DNA from: Christensenellales bacterium | GTDB taxonomy: Bacteria; Bacillota; Clostridia; Christensenellales; CAG-138 | NCBI GenBank assembly: GCA_040767925.1 | Contig: JAXGNN010000001.1 | Coordinates: 1,486,888-1,550,887, forward strand | Length of the DNA: 64,000 nt | Direction: 5' to 3' | Part shown: piece by piece, positions 1 through 8,780 of the stretch | Position numbering within the stretch: the stretch's first letter is position 1 | Layout of the letters: every line of letters begins with the position of its first letter | Notes under the pieces: generated by a model | The model's input: only the letters and a program-made list of their open reading frames with translations | Databases searched by the model: none | What the model was told of the DNA's origin: nothing | Position numbers and translations under genes: made by a program

Positions 1-225
1 TCGAATTATCCCCAAAACCTCGTCGACCGCCACATCCGCCGCAAGGCCGCGTTCGTCCGGCTCGACGACGAGCAGCTCGACCCCCTCTTCGAGGCGGCCG
101 CGGAGGCCGTGCAGGAGGCGGTCTATAATTCCCTCACCATGGCCCTCACGACCCGCTCCAACGGCGCCGTCGCCGAGGCGTTCGACATCGGGCAGTATGC
201 CGACATATTGCCGCTGAAGGACTGA
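1..225 (+). CDS. 3' end of a CDS entering from upstream (75 codons); faint resemblance to C-termini of DmpA/S58 (P1) aminopeptidases
   Basis: Frame 1 is open from base 1 to TGA at 223-225 (...EAVQEAVYNSLTMALTTRSNGAVAEAFDIGQYADILPLKD*). A hairpin terminator follows. The family call is weak and from memory. Confidence 0.45.
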   Translation, partial: SNYPQNLVDRHIRRKAAFVRLDDEQLDPLFEAAAEAVQEAVYNSLTMALTTRSNGAVAEAFDIGQYADILPLKD

Positions 226-246
226 ATTCCATAAGCCGCGATTAAA

Positions 247-274
247 AACGCGCCGGATTCCGGCGCGTTTTGCG
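247..274. terminator. Bidirectional intrinsic terminator between convergent genes
   Basis: AACGCGCCGG / CCGGCGCGTT stem with a small loop. T-run on the + strand and A-run (T-run on the - strand) on the other side. Confidence 0.7.
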
Positions 275-287
275 GTACGCGAAGTTC

Positions 288-1496
288 CTATTTCAGGGCT
301 GCATCCTTCTTCCTCCAGTAGTTCAGGAAGGAAGCGCCTGCCTTCCCCGGTTCGAATTCGAACCTGCTCCACTTTTCATAAAAGGCGGCTTCCTCTTCGG
401 CGGCGCGGACGGAGAGCGCCGCCATTCCGGAAAGACCGGCGGTTTCCGCCTCGGCGAACCAGCTTTGTTCGAGCGCGTCCCGCCCGGCGTAATACTCCGC
501 GGGGAGCTTTTTGCCGATGAGGTTCCTGTGGAAGCGCTCATGCGCGAGCCAGTATTCCTTCGCCGCGGGATCGTCCCGGGCGAAAACGGGCGGAATCGCG
601 GGATTGCCGGGGGCAAAGGGTTTGAAGAGCGAGACGCAGGGCGTGGAGCCGCCCGTCGCGTATACTTTGATGACGTCGCCCAACTCCACGATCATGCTCG
701 CCGTGGTATGGTCGCCGATTGCGCCGCCCGCGTGCATGCAGACGCTCTTTACGCTGTTGCGGCAGAGGGGGTTCTCCGCCCCCGGCGCGTGGCTGCGCAG
801 CGTCCGGGCAAGGTCGGCTGCGCCCGAGGCGCTTTCCAAAAGGCCGGAAGCTGCGGCGTTCCTCTGCTTCGAGCCGGAGAAGAAGGAATACACGGGCTCG
901 AGATGCGTTTTTTTGAAATCCGCGCCGGGCGGGGTGTCCCTGTCGCATAAAATCGCGTCCGCGCCGATAGAAAGGCGGTTGGAGATGGCCGCGCGCCGGT
1001 GGCGCTTGACGGCCCAGCGCTTGCCCGCCGTTTCGAGCGTGAAGAGGTTTTCCCGGTCGATGATGAGGAACGAGTTGTCATAGTAGAACGCGTGGTCGTA
1101 GCCGCAGTTGCCGCCCTGCCCGTAACGCTCGAGCAATTCCGTGATGACCGCCACGGCGCCCTTGGCGTCCTCCGCGCGCTCGAGCGCGAGGCGCAGGAGG
1201 TCCATGCCCGTCAGCCCGGCTTTGCCGTACGCGCCCTTGGTGAACACCGCCTCGTTGCCGATCGCGAGGCCGCACTCGTTGACGCCCATCTCCGCGCCCC
1301 AAAGCCATATCGGCCGGGAGAGCAGCGCGGCATAGGTTTCCTCCGCGTCCTCGATTTCCGCATAGGTCGTCCTGAGCCTGCCCCTCCCCTTCCCCGGGGG
1401 ATGGTATTCGAGCACCTGCGGCTCGTTCGGGCTGCGGTCGCTGTTCTTGGCGAAAAACGCTTTCCCCTGCGCGAGGAAGCCCATCGTATCGCACAT
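288..1496 (-). CDS. Peptidase C69 / secernin-like Ntn-hydrolase dipeptidase
   Basis: 402-aa ORF starting MCDTMGF...AKNSDRSPNEPQ. Cys2 nucleophile directly after Met and the KNSDR..NE.Q motif are typical of C69. Confidence 0.8.
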   Translation of the reverse strand: MCDTMGFLAQGKAFFAKNSDRSPNEPQVLEYHPPGKGRGRLRTTYAEIEDAEETYAALLSRPIWLWGAEMGVNECGLAIGNEAVFTKGAYGKAGLTGMDLLRLALERAEDAKGAVAVITELLERYGQGGNCGYDHAFYYDNSFLIIDRENLFTLETAGKRWAVKRHRRAAISNRLSIGADAILCDRDTPPGADFKKTHLEPVYSFFSGSKQRNAAASGLLESASGAADLARTLRSHAPGAENPLCRNSVKSVCMHAGGAIGDHTTASMIVELGDVIKVYATGGSTPCVSLFKPFAPGNPAIPPVFARDDPAAKEYWLAHERFHRNLIGKKLPAEYYAGRDALEQSWFAEAETAGLSGMAALSVRAAEEEAAFYEKWSRFEFEPGKAGASFLNYWRKKDAALK

Positions 1497-1641
1497 GCGC
1501 GCATCCTCCTTCGCTTTTGAGGCTATTATACATCCTCCGGGGCGAGGGCGTCATCCTCCTCCTTTCCCAAGCGAAAACGGACGGCGCCCGCCGTCCGTCC
1601 CTTTCTCCCGCGTATTTCGGCATGCGGCCTCCCCGAGCGCG

Positions 1642-2283
1642 CTAGGCCAGCGGGATCCCGATGTCCGCGTTGACGAGCGCGCCGATGAACTTCTTCGCCT
1701 CGCAGGCGAACATGCCTTTTTTATAATAGCCGATGGAAACCGTAAGATCGCTTACGACCGCGAGCCCGGCCTTGCCGGTGTCCCCGTCGAGGCCGCTGTT
1801 GATATCCACGCTCACCACATACGCGCCCGAGGCGTTGATGGCGAGGATGGCGTTGCGCGCGAGCCCGCGCACCTCGCCCTTGAAGCCCGTGCCGAAGATG
1901 CAGTCCACGATCGTGTCGTAGCGCGCGAGCGTCATATTTTCCTCGAAGGGGAATACGTCTATGCCCAGCTCTTTCGCCCTGTTGAAGAAGATGGCCGCCG
2001 TGTCGGAGAGCCTGTCCCCGACCCGGTAGATCGTGGGCAGCATGCCGTGTTTGACGAGGATGCACGCGAGGGCGTACCCGTCCCCGCCGTTGTTGCCTCC
2101 CCCGCAGACGATGGCGATCCTCCCGCGCCAGTCGACGGCGTGGAACACCCCCAGCGCCGCCCGGTGCATCAGTTCCTCGCCCGGCACGCCGTGCGCGGCG
2201 GCGTGCGCGTCGCTCCTCTTCATCTGCTCGACCGAGACCGCGCTCTCCGCCGTCCCCGCGCGTTTGATTGACTTGTCTTTCAT
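1642..2283 (-). CDS. nnrE: NAD(P)H-hydrate epimerase (YjeF N-terminal domain only)
   Basis: Internal start MKDKSIKRAG within track ORF 1642-2727. Motifs IAIVCGGGNNGGDGYALA and DCIFGTGF. The upstream 148 codons of the track ORF are Arg/Gly-rich high-GC artefact and overlap the WYL gene. Confidence 0.85.
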   Translation of the reverse strand: MKDKSIKRAGTAESAVSVEQMKRSDAHAAAHGVPGEELMHRAALGVFHAVDWRGRIAIVCGGGNNGGDGYALACILVKHGMLPTIYRVGDRLSDTAAIFFNRAKELGIDVFPFEENMTLARYDTIVDCIFGTGFKGEVRGLARNAILAINASGAYVVSVDINSGLDGDTGKAGLAVVSDLTVSIGYYKKGMFACEAKKFIGALVNADIGIPLA

Positions 2284-3287
2284 GCCCGCTCCGCCCTTTC
2301 GCCTGAATATAAGCCCGCGGCCGCCAGAAGCTGCTCCCGCATGCCCTCGGCGACGGCCTCGGGGCCGAGGATGCGCGCGTCGGTCCCCAGCGCGAAGAGC
2401 CAGCCGTAGAACTGCGCGCTCACGGTGACTTCCGCGCGGATCATGAAATGCTCCTCGTCCGTGCGCGTGAAATGCGTATCCTTGCCGAAGCGGTCGATGA
2501 CGACGCCCGCAAGCCTGTCGGCGAACTCGAGCGCCACGCGCTGCTTCTCGCCCCCGAACATGCCGAAGGTGTGGTTCGTGTAGGCTGCGATGTCGATCCT
2601 TTGGAACTGCTCCCCGCCCTCGCGGCGCGCGTCGCAAAGGAGGACCGAATCCATCCGGTCTAAACGGTAATGCTTGATTATCCCGGCCGCCGCATCGTAG
2701 GCGAGCAGATAATAGAAGTCGCCGCAAAGCACCAGCGAGAAGGGGCTAACGCAATAGCGCTCTCCCGCGCGCCTGTACTGTTTCTTTTTTTCCGCGTCGA
2801 ACTCGAAATAGCGAAACGCGATCTGCCTGTCCAGCGAGATGGCGCTGTGGATGCCGTCCACATTGTAGAAGATGCTCTCGTTCATGGTCTTCACGCGGTT
2901 GGCGATGTAGACCTGCCTTGAAAGGAGCTGCGCGTCGTATTTGCTGCATTGTTTTTCGAGTTTTTTGATGAGGGAACGCGTCTTTTTCTCCGTCAGGAAG
3001 CGGCTCGAAAGCACGCTGTCCACGAGCAGCTTGAGCTCGGCGAGCTCGAAGTCGCGCGCCGCGACGAAATAGCGCGCTTTGGGGTCGCGCACCATCTGCA
3101 CGTCGATGCCGAAGGTGCGCAGCGCCGCCATGTCGTCATAGAGGCTCTTGCGCTCCGCCTCGACGCCGCGGGCCGCGAGCTCGCGCTTGATCTCCTCGAG
3201 CGACATGGGGTGGCGCTCGTCGGTTTTGGTCAAGAGTATCTGCGCCATGTAGAGGAGTTTGAGCTTCTGGTTCGGTGACTTTGGCAT
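2280..3287 (-). CDS. HTH + WYL domain transcriptional regulator
   Basis: Start MPKSPNQKLKLLYMAQ preceded by GGAGG. N-terminal winged HTH, central YYLLAYDAAAGIIKHYRLDRM (WYL). The stop overlaps the nnrE ATG as ATGA. Confidence 0.8.
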   Translation of the reverse strand: MPKSPNQKLKLLYMAQILLTKTDERHPMSLEEIKRELAARGVEAERKSLYDDMAALRTFGIDVQMVRDPKARYFVAARDFELAELKLLVDSVLSSRFLTEKKTRSLIKKLEKQCSKYDAQLLSRQVYIANRVKTMNESIFYNVDGIHSAISLDRQIAFRYFEFDAEKKKQYRRAGERYCVSPFSLVLCGDFYYLLAYDAAAGIIKHYRLDRMDSVLLCDARREGGEQFQRIDIAAYTNHTFGMFGGEKQRVALEFADRLAGVVIDRFGKDTHFTRTDEEHFMIRAEVTVSAQFYGWLFALGTDARILGPEAVAEGMREQLLAAAGLYSGERAERA

Positions 3288-3736
3288 TTCATACCTCCAT
3301 CCATATTTATCGCCGGCGCTCCCATCGCGCGCGCATGCTCCGCAATCGATGCCCGCAAGCAACCATCCATGCCGAAAAAACTTACTTCAGCACCGAAACA
3401 ATCGTAAATTATATTTTATTGTTTGCCCGTGTTTCCTTAATATAATATCATAATTAACGGGAATTACCATATGCTGCGATGTGAAATTTTAAAGAATTCA
3501 TGAGGTTCGGCGCAGGTTTTGTCGAGATTTTCTCAAAAGTCGCTCCGCCGCGGCTGAAAACAAAAAAATAAAGCGCAAAAACGACATTCAGGCCGCATGA
3601 AGCGCCTGCCGGAAGCGAATCCGGCAACGCTTCCGCCTGCCTCTGAAACGAATCCGGACCGGCCGTTTTCCCTGCGCCCATGCGCGGATACCGGCCGTTT
3701 TTCCTGCGGATACTACCTCCAAAGGAGGTGACGCGC

Positions 3737-3871
3737 GTGCCCAAGGACAGCCAGCCCGACAACAAGGAAGCGAGCCGGGAGAAATGCAACGGGCAGACGC
3801 CCATTACCCGGGAGAACCAGAACCAGAACAGGAACGCGAAAAAGCATTCCATTCGGAAAAACGACGTTTAA
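3737..3871 (+). CDS. Tiny hydrophilic protein (44 aa), SASP-like composition
   Basis: AAAGGAGGTG SD 6 nt before GTG. VPKDSQPDNKEASREKCNGQTPITRENQNQNRNAKKHSIRKNDV. First gene of a 2-gene unit ending in a strong terminator. Confidence 0.5.
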   Translation: MPKDSQPDNKEASREKCNGQTPITRENQNQNRNAKKHSIRKNDV

Positions 3872-3881
3872 GGAGGCGCGG

Positions 3882-4040
3882 ATGCCAAAGGCAGGCATGA
3901 GGCGGCCCGACCCGAGCGAGCCGCACGGAACGGAAAGCAACCGGAAACAGCATTTCGAAAAGAACATTGCGGAACCTGTGCCCCAAATACAGGGCAAAGC
4001 CAAAACGGGCAACAAGAAGGCGGATCCGCGGGAGCGGTGA
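3882..4040 (+). CDS. Tiny hydrophilic protein (52 aa), not in ORF track
   Basis: TAAGGAGG SD 6 nt before ATG. MPKAGMRRPDPSEPHGTESNRKQHFEKNIAEPVPQIQGKAKTGNKKADPRER. The terminator starts 5 nt after the stop. Confidence 0.5.
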   Translation: MPKAGMRRPDPSEPHGTESNRKQHFEKNIAEPVPQIQGKAKTGNKKADPRER

Positions 4041-4044
4041 GGGC

Positions 4045-4080
4045 GCGCGGCGGACCGCTTCGGCCCGCCGCGCTTTATTT
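4045..4080 (+). terminator. Intrinsic terminator
   Basis: GCGCGGCGG ... CCGCCGCGC 9-bp GC stem followed by TTTATTT. Confidence 0.8.
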
Positions 4081-4195
4081 GAAACGCCCTGTGCGAACGG
4101 CGTTCGATTTTGGCGTGTCGTTCAAACGATCCGTAGCATATCGGCGCCTGGAAATCATATGATAAAAGAAAAAGTGAAATTTGCAATTTTAATAG

Positions 4196-4224
4196 TTGCA
4201 TAATTCATTTTGAGATGGTATGAT
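4196..4224 (+). promoter_or_regulatory. Sigma-A type promoter
   Basis: TTGCAT (4196-4201), 17-nt spacer, TATGAT (4219-4224). Confidence 0.6.
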
Positions 4225-4230
4225 GGGTCA

Positions 4231-4419
4231 TCAAAAACAGAGCGGAACCGAAAGGCCCGCCTGACGGATGAAATTCCGGTTGAGCCGGACGGCGCCGAGG
4301 TCCCGGGGCATTCAGCCATTGCATGTTTTTTGAGGCGCCCGGTCAACCATTCCGATAAAAACATCGTCGCCGCTGAAGGAGGCGCAATTTCAAGCCGCCT
4401 CCCTTCTTGAAGTTTTATT
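4231..4419 (+). ncRNA. Structured about 190-nt leader / candidate riboswitch or attenuator of unknown class
   Basis: Lies between the promoter and an intrinsic terminator (GAAGGAGGCG...CGCCTCCCTTC + T-run, 4375-4419). An upstream TGAGGCGCC (about 4334-4342) could pair with the terminator 3' arm as an antiterminator. No convincing ORF. Confidence 0.4.
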
Positions 4420-4456
4420 AAAATGCCGCATCCGCCGGATGCAGAAAGGGCAAAGC

Positions 4457-4669
4457 ATGAAACACTACTATGTCAACACGAACGAACCGAAGGGCCGCCG
4501 CGACGAGCAGGTGCACGCCTCCTGGTGCCCGCTGATCAAGGAAGACGCGGGAAGGAACTATGTCGGGCTGTTCGCGGACGCGCGCAAGGCCGTGTCCGTC
4601 GCGCAGGAAATGGGCTACGCCCGCGCCTGCGGCTGCTCGAAATGCTGCCCGGAGACGCTTCTTCATTGA
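4457..4669 (+). CDS. Small conserved Cys-containing hypothetical protein (70 aa)
   Basis: MKHYYVNTNEPKGRRDEQVHASWCPLI...ARACGCSKCCPE. Chosen start is the internal ATG of track ORF 4439-4669. A hairpin follows at 4734-4765. Confidence 0.55.
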   Translation: MKHYYVNTNEPKGRRDEQVHASWCPLIKEDAGRNYVGLFADARKAVSVAQEMGYARACGCSKCCPETLLH

Positions 4670-4733
4670 GGGCGCGGACGAAGAAAAAAGAGATTTATGC
4701 AGGAACCGAAAAACGGCGCTGCAAAAATACATC

Positions 4734-4765
4734 AAAGAGCCCGCGCAAAGACGCGCGGGCTCTTT
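4734..4765 (+). terminator. Hairpin terminator (weak T tract)
   Basis: AAAGAGCCCGCGC aaagac GCGCGGGCTCTTT, perfect 13-bp stem. Confidence 0.55.
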
Positions 4766-4912
4766 GATTCCGGCCGCCGCTTGCCGGCGAACGGGAAACG
4801 GCGAATCCCAGCCGGGATATCGCCGCCCCTCATCGCATGATATAATGAAATAAAGCAAGGGTTCCTTGCTGGCTTTTCGTTTTTCGCTCCCTTATGCTTG
4901 ATCTGAGGCGAT

Positions 4913-6037
4913 ATGATGAACATTGGCGGACAATTGCGGTCCATGAGGAAAAATGCCGGGCTTACCCAGGAAGCTGTCGCGGACGTCATGAACGTCACAC
5001 GGCAGACGCTCTCCAATTGGGAGCGGGGCGTCAACCTGCCCGACATTTTTGCCGTTTCGCGTTTGGCCGCGGTTTATCATGTTTCCCTGGATGAAATTTT
5101 CCTTGGGAAAACGTTTTTTAAGGGAGGAAAAAGCATGAAAACGAATTATAGCGACGCCCAGATTGAAACCCTCATCAAACGGCACTACCCGGACGCATGC
5201 GCCGTTCAGGTCCTGAGCGGCGGCCTCGTCTCCCAGACGTTTTCGTTCCGTTCGGGAATGAAGAAATTCATCTTTCAGATTGGCGGGAAGAAGGAAGCGT
5301 ACGAAAAGGAACGTTATGTCGGCGAACGGTTTCGGGCGCTTCTGCCCGTTCGCGTGGTGCGCGGCGTTCACGTAAATGCGGAGGGCCGCGCCTACTGTTT
5401 CTCCGATTACATCGAGGGTTCGAGAATATTCGATTTAAATCATCAGGCGCGAATCGATATCGTTCCCGCCGTGCTGGAGTTCCTGATGAAAACGGCCTGC
5501 GTTGCGCTGCCCGGCAATGTGGGCTACGGGCGGTTCGATGAAAGGGGGTTCGCGCGTTTCGATAGCTGGCGCGCATTCGTCTCATCGATTTATAGCGACG
5601 GCCTGTATGACTGGCAAGGCCTTGAAGCGAAGAAATTCGACGTCCGCCTCATCCAAAGAGCCGTCGCTTGCTTGCAAAAGAATATGGATGGTATTGATGT
5701 GGAGCGGCCGTGCCTCGTCCACGGGGACATCGGCTCATACAACCTTCTCGCCGAGGGCAACCGGGTTTCCGGAGCGCTTGATTGGAGCCTTTCTTTATAC
5801 GGCGATCCGCTATACGACGTGGCCAACGTGCTATTTTGGAATGAGGATAAGCTCCAGCCCCTGATCGCCGCGCTCGAAGCCCGACACATGCCGGACGAAC
5901 GCGGCAAAAGGAAACTTTCCTGTTATATGATCCGCATAGGACTCGAGGAGATCTACAACACGGTTCTTTTGGACGAGATCGGGTATGATGTCGCCTGGGT
6001 GGCAAACAGGCTTGGCGAGATCACGGATCAATTCTAG
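4913..6037 (+). CDS. XRE-family HTH fused to aminoglycoside/choline-kinase-like phosphotransferase (APH) domain
   Basis: N-terminus LRSMRKNAGLTQEAVADVMNVTRQTLSNWERG (HTH_XRE). C-terminal LVHGDIGSYNLL...DWS (APH catalytic loop). Internal GGAGG + ATG at 5135. Confidence 0.75.
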   Translation: MMNIGGQLRSMRKNAGLTQEAVADVMNVTRQTLSNWERGVNLPDIFAVSRLAAVYHVSLDEIFLGKTFFKGGKSMKTNYSDAQIETLIKRHYPDACAVQVLSGGLVSQTFSFRSGMKKFIFQIGGKKEAYEKERYVGERFRALLPVRVVRGVHVNAEGRAYCFSDYIEGSRIFDLNHQARIDIVPAVLEFLMKTACVALPGNVGYGRFDERGFARFDSWRAFVSSIYSDGLYDWQGLEAKKFDVRLIQRAVACLQKNMDGIDVERPCLVHGDIGSYNLLAEGNRVSGALDWSLSLYGDPLYDVANVLFWNEDKLQPLIAALEARHMPDERGKRKLSCYMIRIGLEEIYNTVLLDEIGYDVAWVANRLGEITDQF

Positions 6038-6334
6038 CCGGGCGGCCGGGAAAGAGTTGCTTCGGAAATGCCGATCGGATCCGCAATCGCTGTGCGCGTG
6101 AAGCTTGTATATGCGAATGACAGCGTCTTTGGCGATGCCATTTTTCGCGGGCCCTCTTCCCTCTTTCGGGCGGAATGATATATGATATAATAAAAGCAGC
6201 GTTATCAACCACACCTTAAGAAAAGGCGGACTCGTTATGGGCGGCATTCGTTTCGCGTATCCGGCGCCGCCGGCTTTCGCCGGCGAATCTCGATTGAAAG
6301 GAGCTGATGCATAAAAAATAAGGAGTAATTCAAT

Positions 6335-7600
6335 ATGAAAGCAACCCATCCCTTATTGCATACCGCGCGCGCGCTCCGGGGAAACCAGCGCGCATGCGTT
6401 TTGACCGAACCGCTCTGGGCGGTTCCATACAATCTTTTCGCGCCTTTCGCCTCGGTGTATATGGCGGCGCTCGGCCTGGGGGACGCGCAGATCGGTACGG
6501 TCGCGAGCCTCGGGCTTGCCGCGCAGTTGCTTTGGACCCTCCTCTCCGGCGCGGTGATCGACAAGCTCGGCAGGCGCCGCACGATGCTCGTTTTCGGCCT
6601 CGCCGCGTGGACGCTCCCCTGCGCGCTTTGGGCGGCGGCGGCGGGATACTGGCATTTCCTGATCGCGGCCGTATTCAACGCCATGTGGCGATTCACGGGG
6701 AACTGTTTTAGCTGCATGATCGTCGAGGATGGGGATAACGACAAGCTCATCCACATCTACGCCATATTGAATCTCATCGGCCTGATCGCGGGCTTCATCC
6801 TGCCGCTCGTCGGCCTGTGCATCGACCGCTTTACGCTGGTGCCGACCATGCGCGCGATCTATTTCGCGGCCATGCTCGTCATCAGCGCGAAGTATATCCT
6901 GCATTATTTCCTTACGCGGGAGAGCGCGATCGGCAAACGGCGCATGGAGGAGTGCAGGGGGCAGCCGCTCCTGTCGATCGCCTTCGGCGGCAGGGGCGCG
7001 TTCGCCTCCGCCCTAAAGGTGCCGCGGCTGTTCCTCTATGTGGCGCTCATGGCGCTCATGACCAGCTTCAACACCGTGCAGATGACCTTCTGGCCGCTGT
7101 TTGTGACGAGCGCGTACGGCGTGAGCGACTCGATGCTCTCGCTGTTCCCGCTCGTGAAGGCTGTTGTTTCCTTCGCGGCGTACCTGTTCGTCACCGCGCG
7201 GCTGAGCCTAAAATCGTTCCGCCTCCCGCTCCTCTCCGGCTTCGGCGCGCAGGCGCTGGGGCAGGCGGCGCTTCTAGTGATGATGCCGTTCGGCGGCGCG
7301 GCCCTTTTCGCGGTGTTCCTCTCGGCGATGTGCGACGCGTTCGCGCTCGCCGTACTGAGCCCCTTTTGCGAATCACTCCTGTCCGTAAGCATTCCAGCGG
7401 AGGAGAGGGCGCGCGTCAACGGCCTCATCTCCGCGCTCGTGCTTTTGATCAGCATGCCCATGGGTTTTATCGCGGGGCGGCTTTCCCAGGAGAACCGGAT
7501 GCTGCCTCTGTTGCTCAACGCCTGCCTGCTCGCGGCGGAGATGGTCGTCGCGCTCTTCATCGCGCGCTCCGGTAAGGGGAACGCTGCGGACGCGCCGTAA
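6335..7600 (+). CDS. MFS transporter
   Basis: 421 aa, AAGGAG SD, about 12 hydrophobic segments, DKLGRRR loop motif. Confidence 0.8.
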   Translation: MKATHPLLHTARALRGNQRACVLTEPLWAVPYNLFAPFASVYMAALGLGDAQIGTVASLGLAAQLLWTLLSGAVIDKLGRRRTMLVFGLAAWTLPCALWAAAAGYWHFLIAAVFNAMWRFTGNCFSCMIVEDGDNDKLIHIYAILNLIGLIAGFILPLVGLCIDRFTLVPTMRAIYFAAMLVISAKYILHYFLTRESAIGKRRMEECRGQPLLSIAFGGRGAFASALKVPRLFLYVALMALMTSFNTVQMTFWPLFVTSAYGVSDSMLSLFPLVKAVVSFAAYLFVTARLSLKSFRLPLLSGFGAQALGQAALLVMMPFGGAALFAVFLSAMCDAFALAVLSPFCESLLSVSIPAEERARVNGLISALVLLISMPMGFIAGRLSQENRMLPLLLNACLLAAEMVVALFIARSGKGNAADAP

Positions 7601-7743
7601 AAACGCGTCGTTCCCGGGCTGCGTTCTTGTAAATCCCTTCCGGCATGTTATAATGAATACAAGATGGCAATAATAGGATTGCCGCACGCCGCGGCCCCCG
7701 GCCTCCGGGCGGCGCAACACGACGAAAAACAGGAGAAACCGCC

Positions 7744-8601
7744 ATGGAAAAGGAAATGAAGCTCGCCGTGCTCATCGACGCGGAGAACATCGCGAGCAAA
7801 TATATCGGCATCATACTGAGCGAGGCCAACGCGCTGGGCAACGTCATCTACAAGCGCATCTACGGCAACTGGACAAGCACGCAGATGGGTGTCTGGCGCG
7901 ACGTGGTGCTCGATAATTCCATCACGCCCATCCAGCAGTACAACAACGCCAACGGAAAGAACTCCTCCGACTCCTCGCTCATCATCGACGCGATGGACCT
8001 GCTCTACTCCGGCAAGCTCAACGGATTCTGCATCGTCTCGTCGGACAGCGACTTCACGCGTCTCGCGGCGCGTTTGCGCGAGAGCGAGATGTACGTGCTT
8101 GGCATGGGGGAGCAGAAGACGCCGCGCTCGTTCATCTCAGCCTGCAACAAGTTCGCCTATCTCGACCTTCTGTATCGGGACAGCGAAACAAACCGCGCGC
8201 GGGAAAACAGGCCCGCCCTCGCCGTGAACAAGGCGGCCGGCAACGCCGGCAAGGCTTCTTCGCATAAGAAGCCCGCCGCCGCGAAGGCCGCGCCCAAGGA
8301 GGAACCGCACAGGGAAGAGCCGCCCAGGGAAGAGCCCTCCAAGGACGCGGATAAGGAGACGACCGGCTCGAACATCGAGGCGATCACCTCCTCCCTCGTC
8401 AATTTCGCGGACGACAAGGCGGACGACGACGGCTGGATCCACGCGGCGCGCCTCGCCGACCTTTTGGGCAAGAAGTTCCCGGATTTCGACACGCGCAACT
8501 TCGGCTATAAAACCTTCGTGCCCTTCGTCAACTCCCTCAACGCGTTCGAGATGAAACGGGACAAGGCGAACTCCATGGTCGTCTATTTCAAAAAGAGGTG
8601 A
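7744..8601 (+). CDS. NYN (LabA/DUF88) nuclease-like domain protein with C-terminal OST-HTH/LOTUS domain
   Basis: KLAVLIDAENI...FCIVSSDSDFTRLA (NYN). C-terminal WIHAARLADLLGKKFPDFDTRNFGYKTF (LOTUS-like). Low-complexity linker between them. Confidence 0.75.
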   Translation: MEKEMKLAVLIDAENIASKYIGIILSEANALGNVIYKRIYGNWTSTQMGVWRDVVLDNSITPIQQYNNANGKNSSDSSLIIDAMDLLYSGKLNGFCIVSSDSDFTRLAARLRESEMYVLGMGEQKTPRSFISACNKFAYLDLLYRDSETNRARENRPALAVNKAAGNAGKASSHKKPAAAKAAPKEEPHREEPPREEPSKDADKETTGSNIEAITSSLVNFADDKADDDGWIHAARLADLLGKKFPDFDTRNFGYKTFVPFVNSLNAFEMKRDKANSMVVYFKKR

Positions 8602-8637
8602 GCTTCCCCGCGCCCGAACGGCGCAACGAAAAGCAGA

Positions 8638-8668
8638 AGGGAGCGTCCCGTGCAGGACGCTCCCTTTT
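8638..8668 (+). terminator. Intrinsic terminator
   Basis: GGGAGCGTCC cgtgca GGACGCTCCC TTTT. Confidence 0.8.
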
Positions 8669-8780
8669 CGCTGCCTTTTGCCGCCAATACGCGCCGCGCT
8701 CAAGCCCCGGTCAGTCGAGGAACCACCTGAGTTTGCGCGCGGCCTGCCGTCAGGTTTTCGCTCCGCGCCCAACGCCGGCC

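Noticed and set aside
270-3300. Numerous overlapping alternative-frame and antisense ORFs in the track (e.g. 270-950 +, 511-1083 +, 999-1520 +, 1447-2271 +, 2033-2428 +)
   Set aside because: They are Arg/Gly/Pro/Ala-rich translations typical of stop-poor high-GC DNA. Each lies inside or opposite a gene with clear family motifs (C69 peptidase, NnrE, WYL regulator), and none has an SD.
4210-4410. 66-aa track ORF inside the leader region
   Set aside because: It has no SD and its sequence composition is implausible. It spans the predicted terminator hairpin. The region is better explained as a structured RNA leader.
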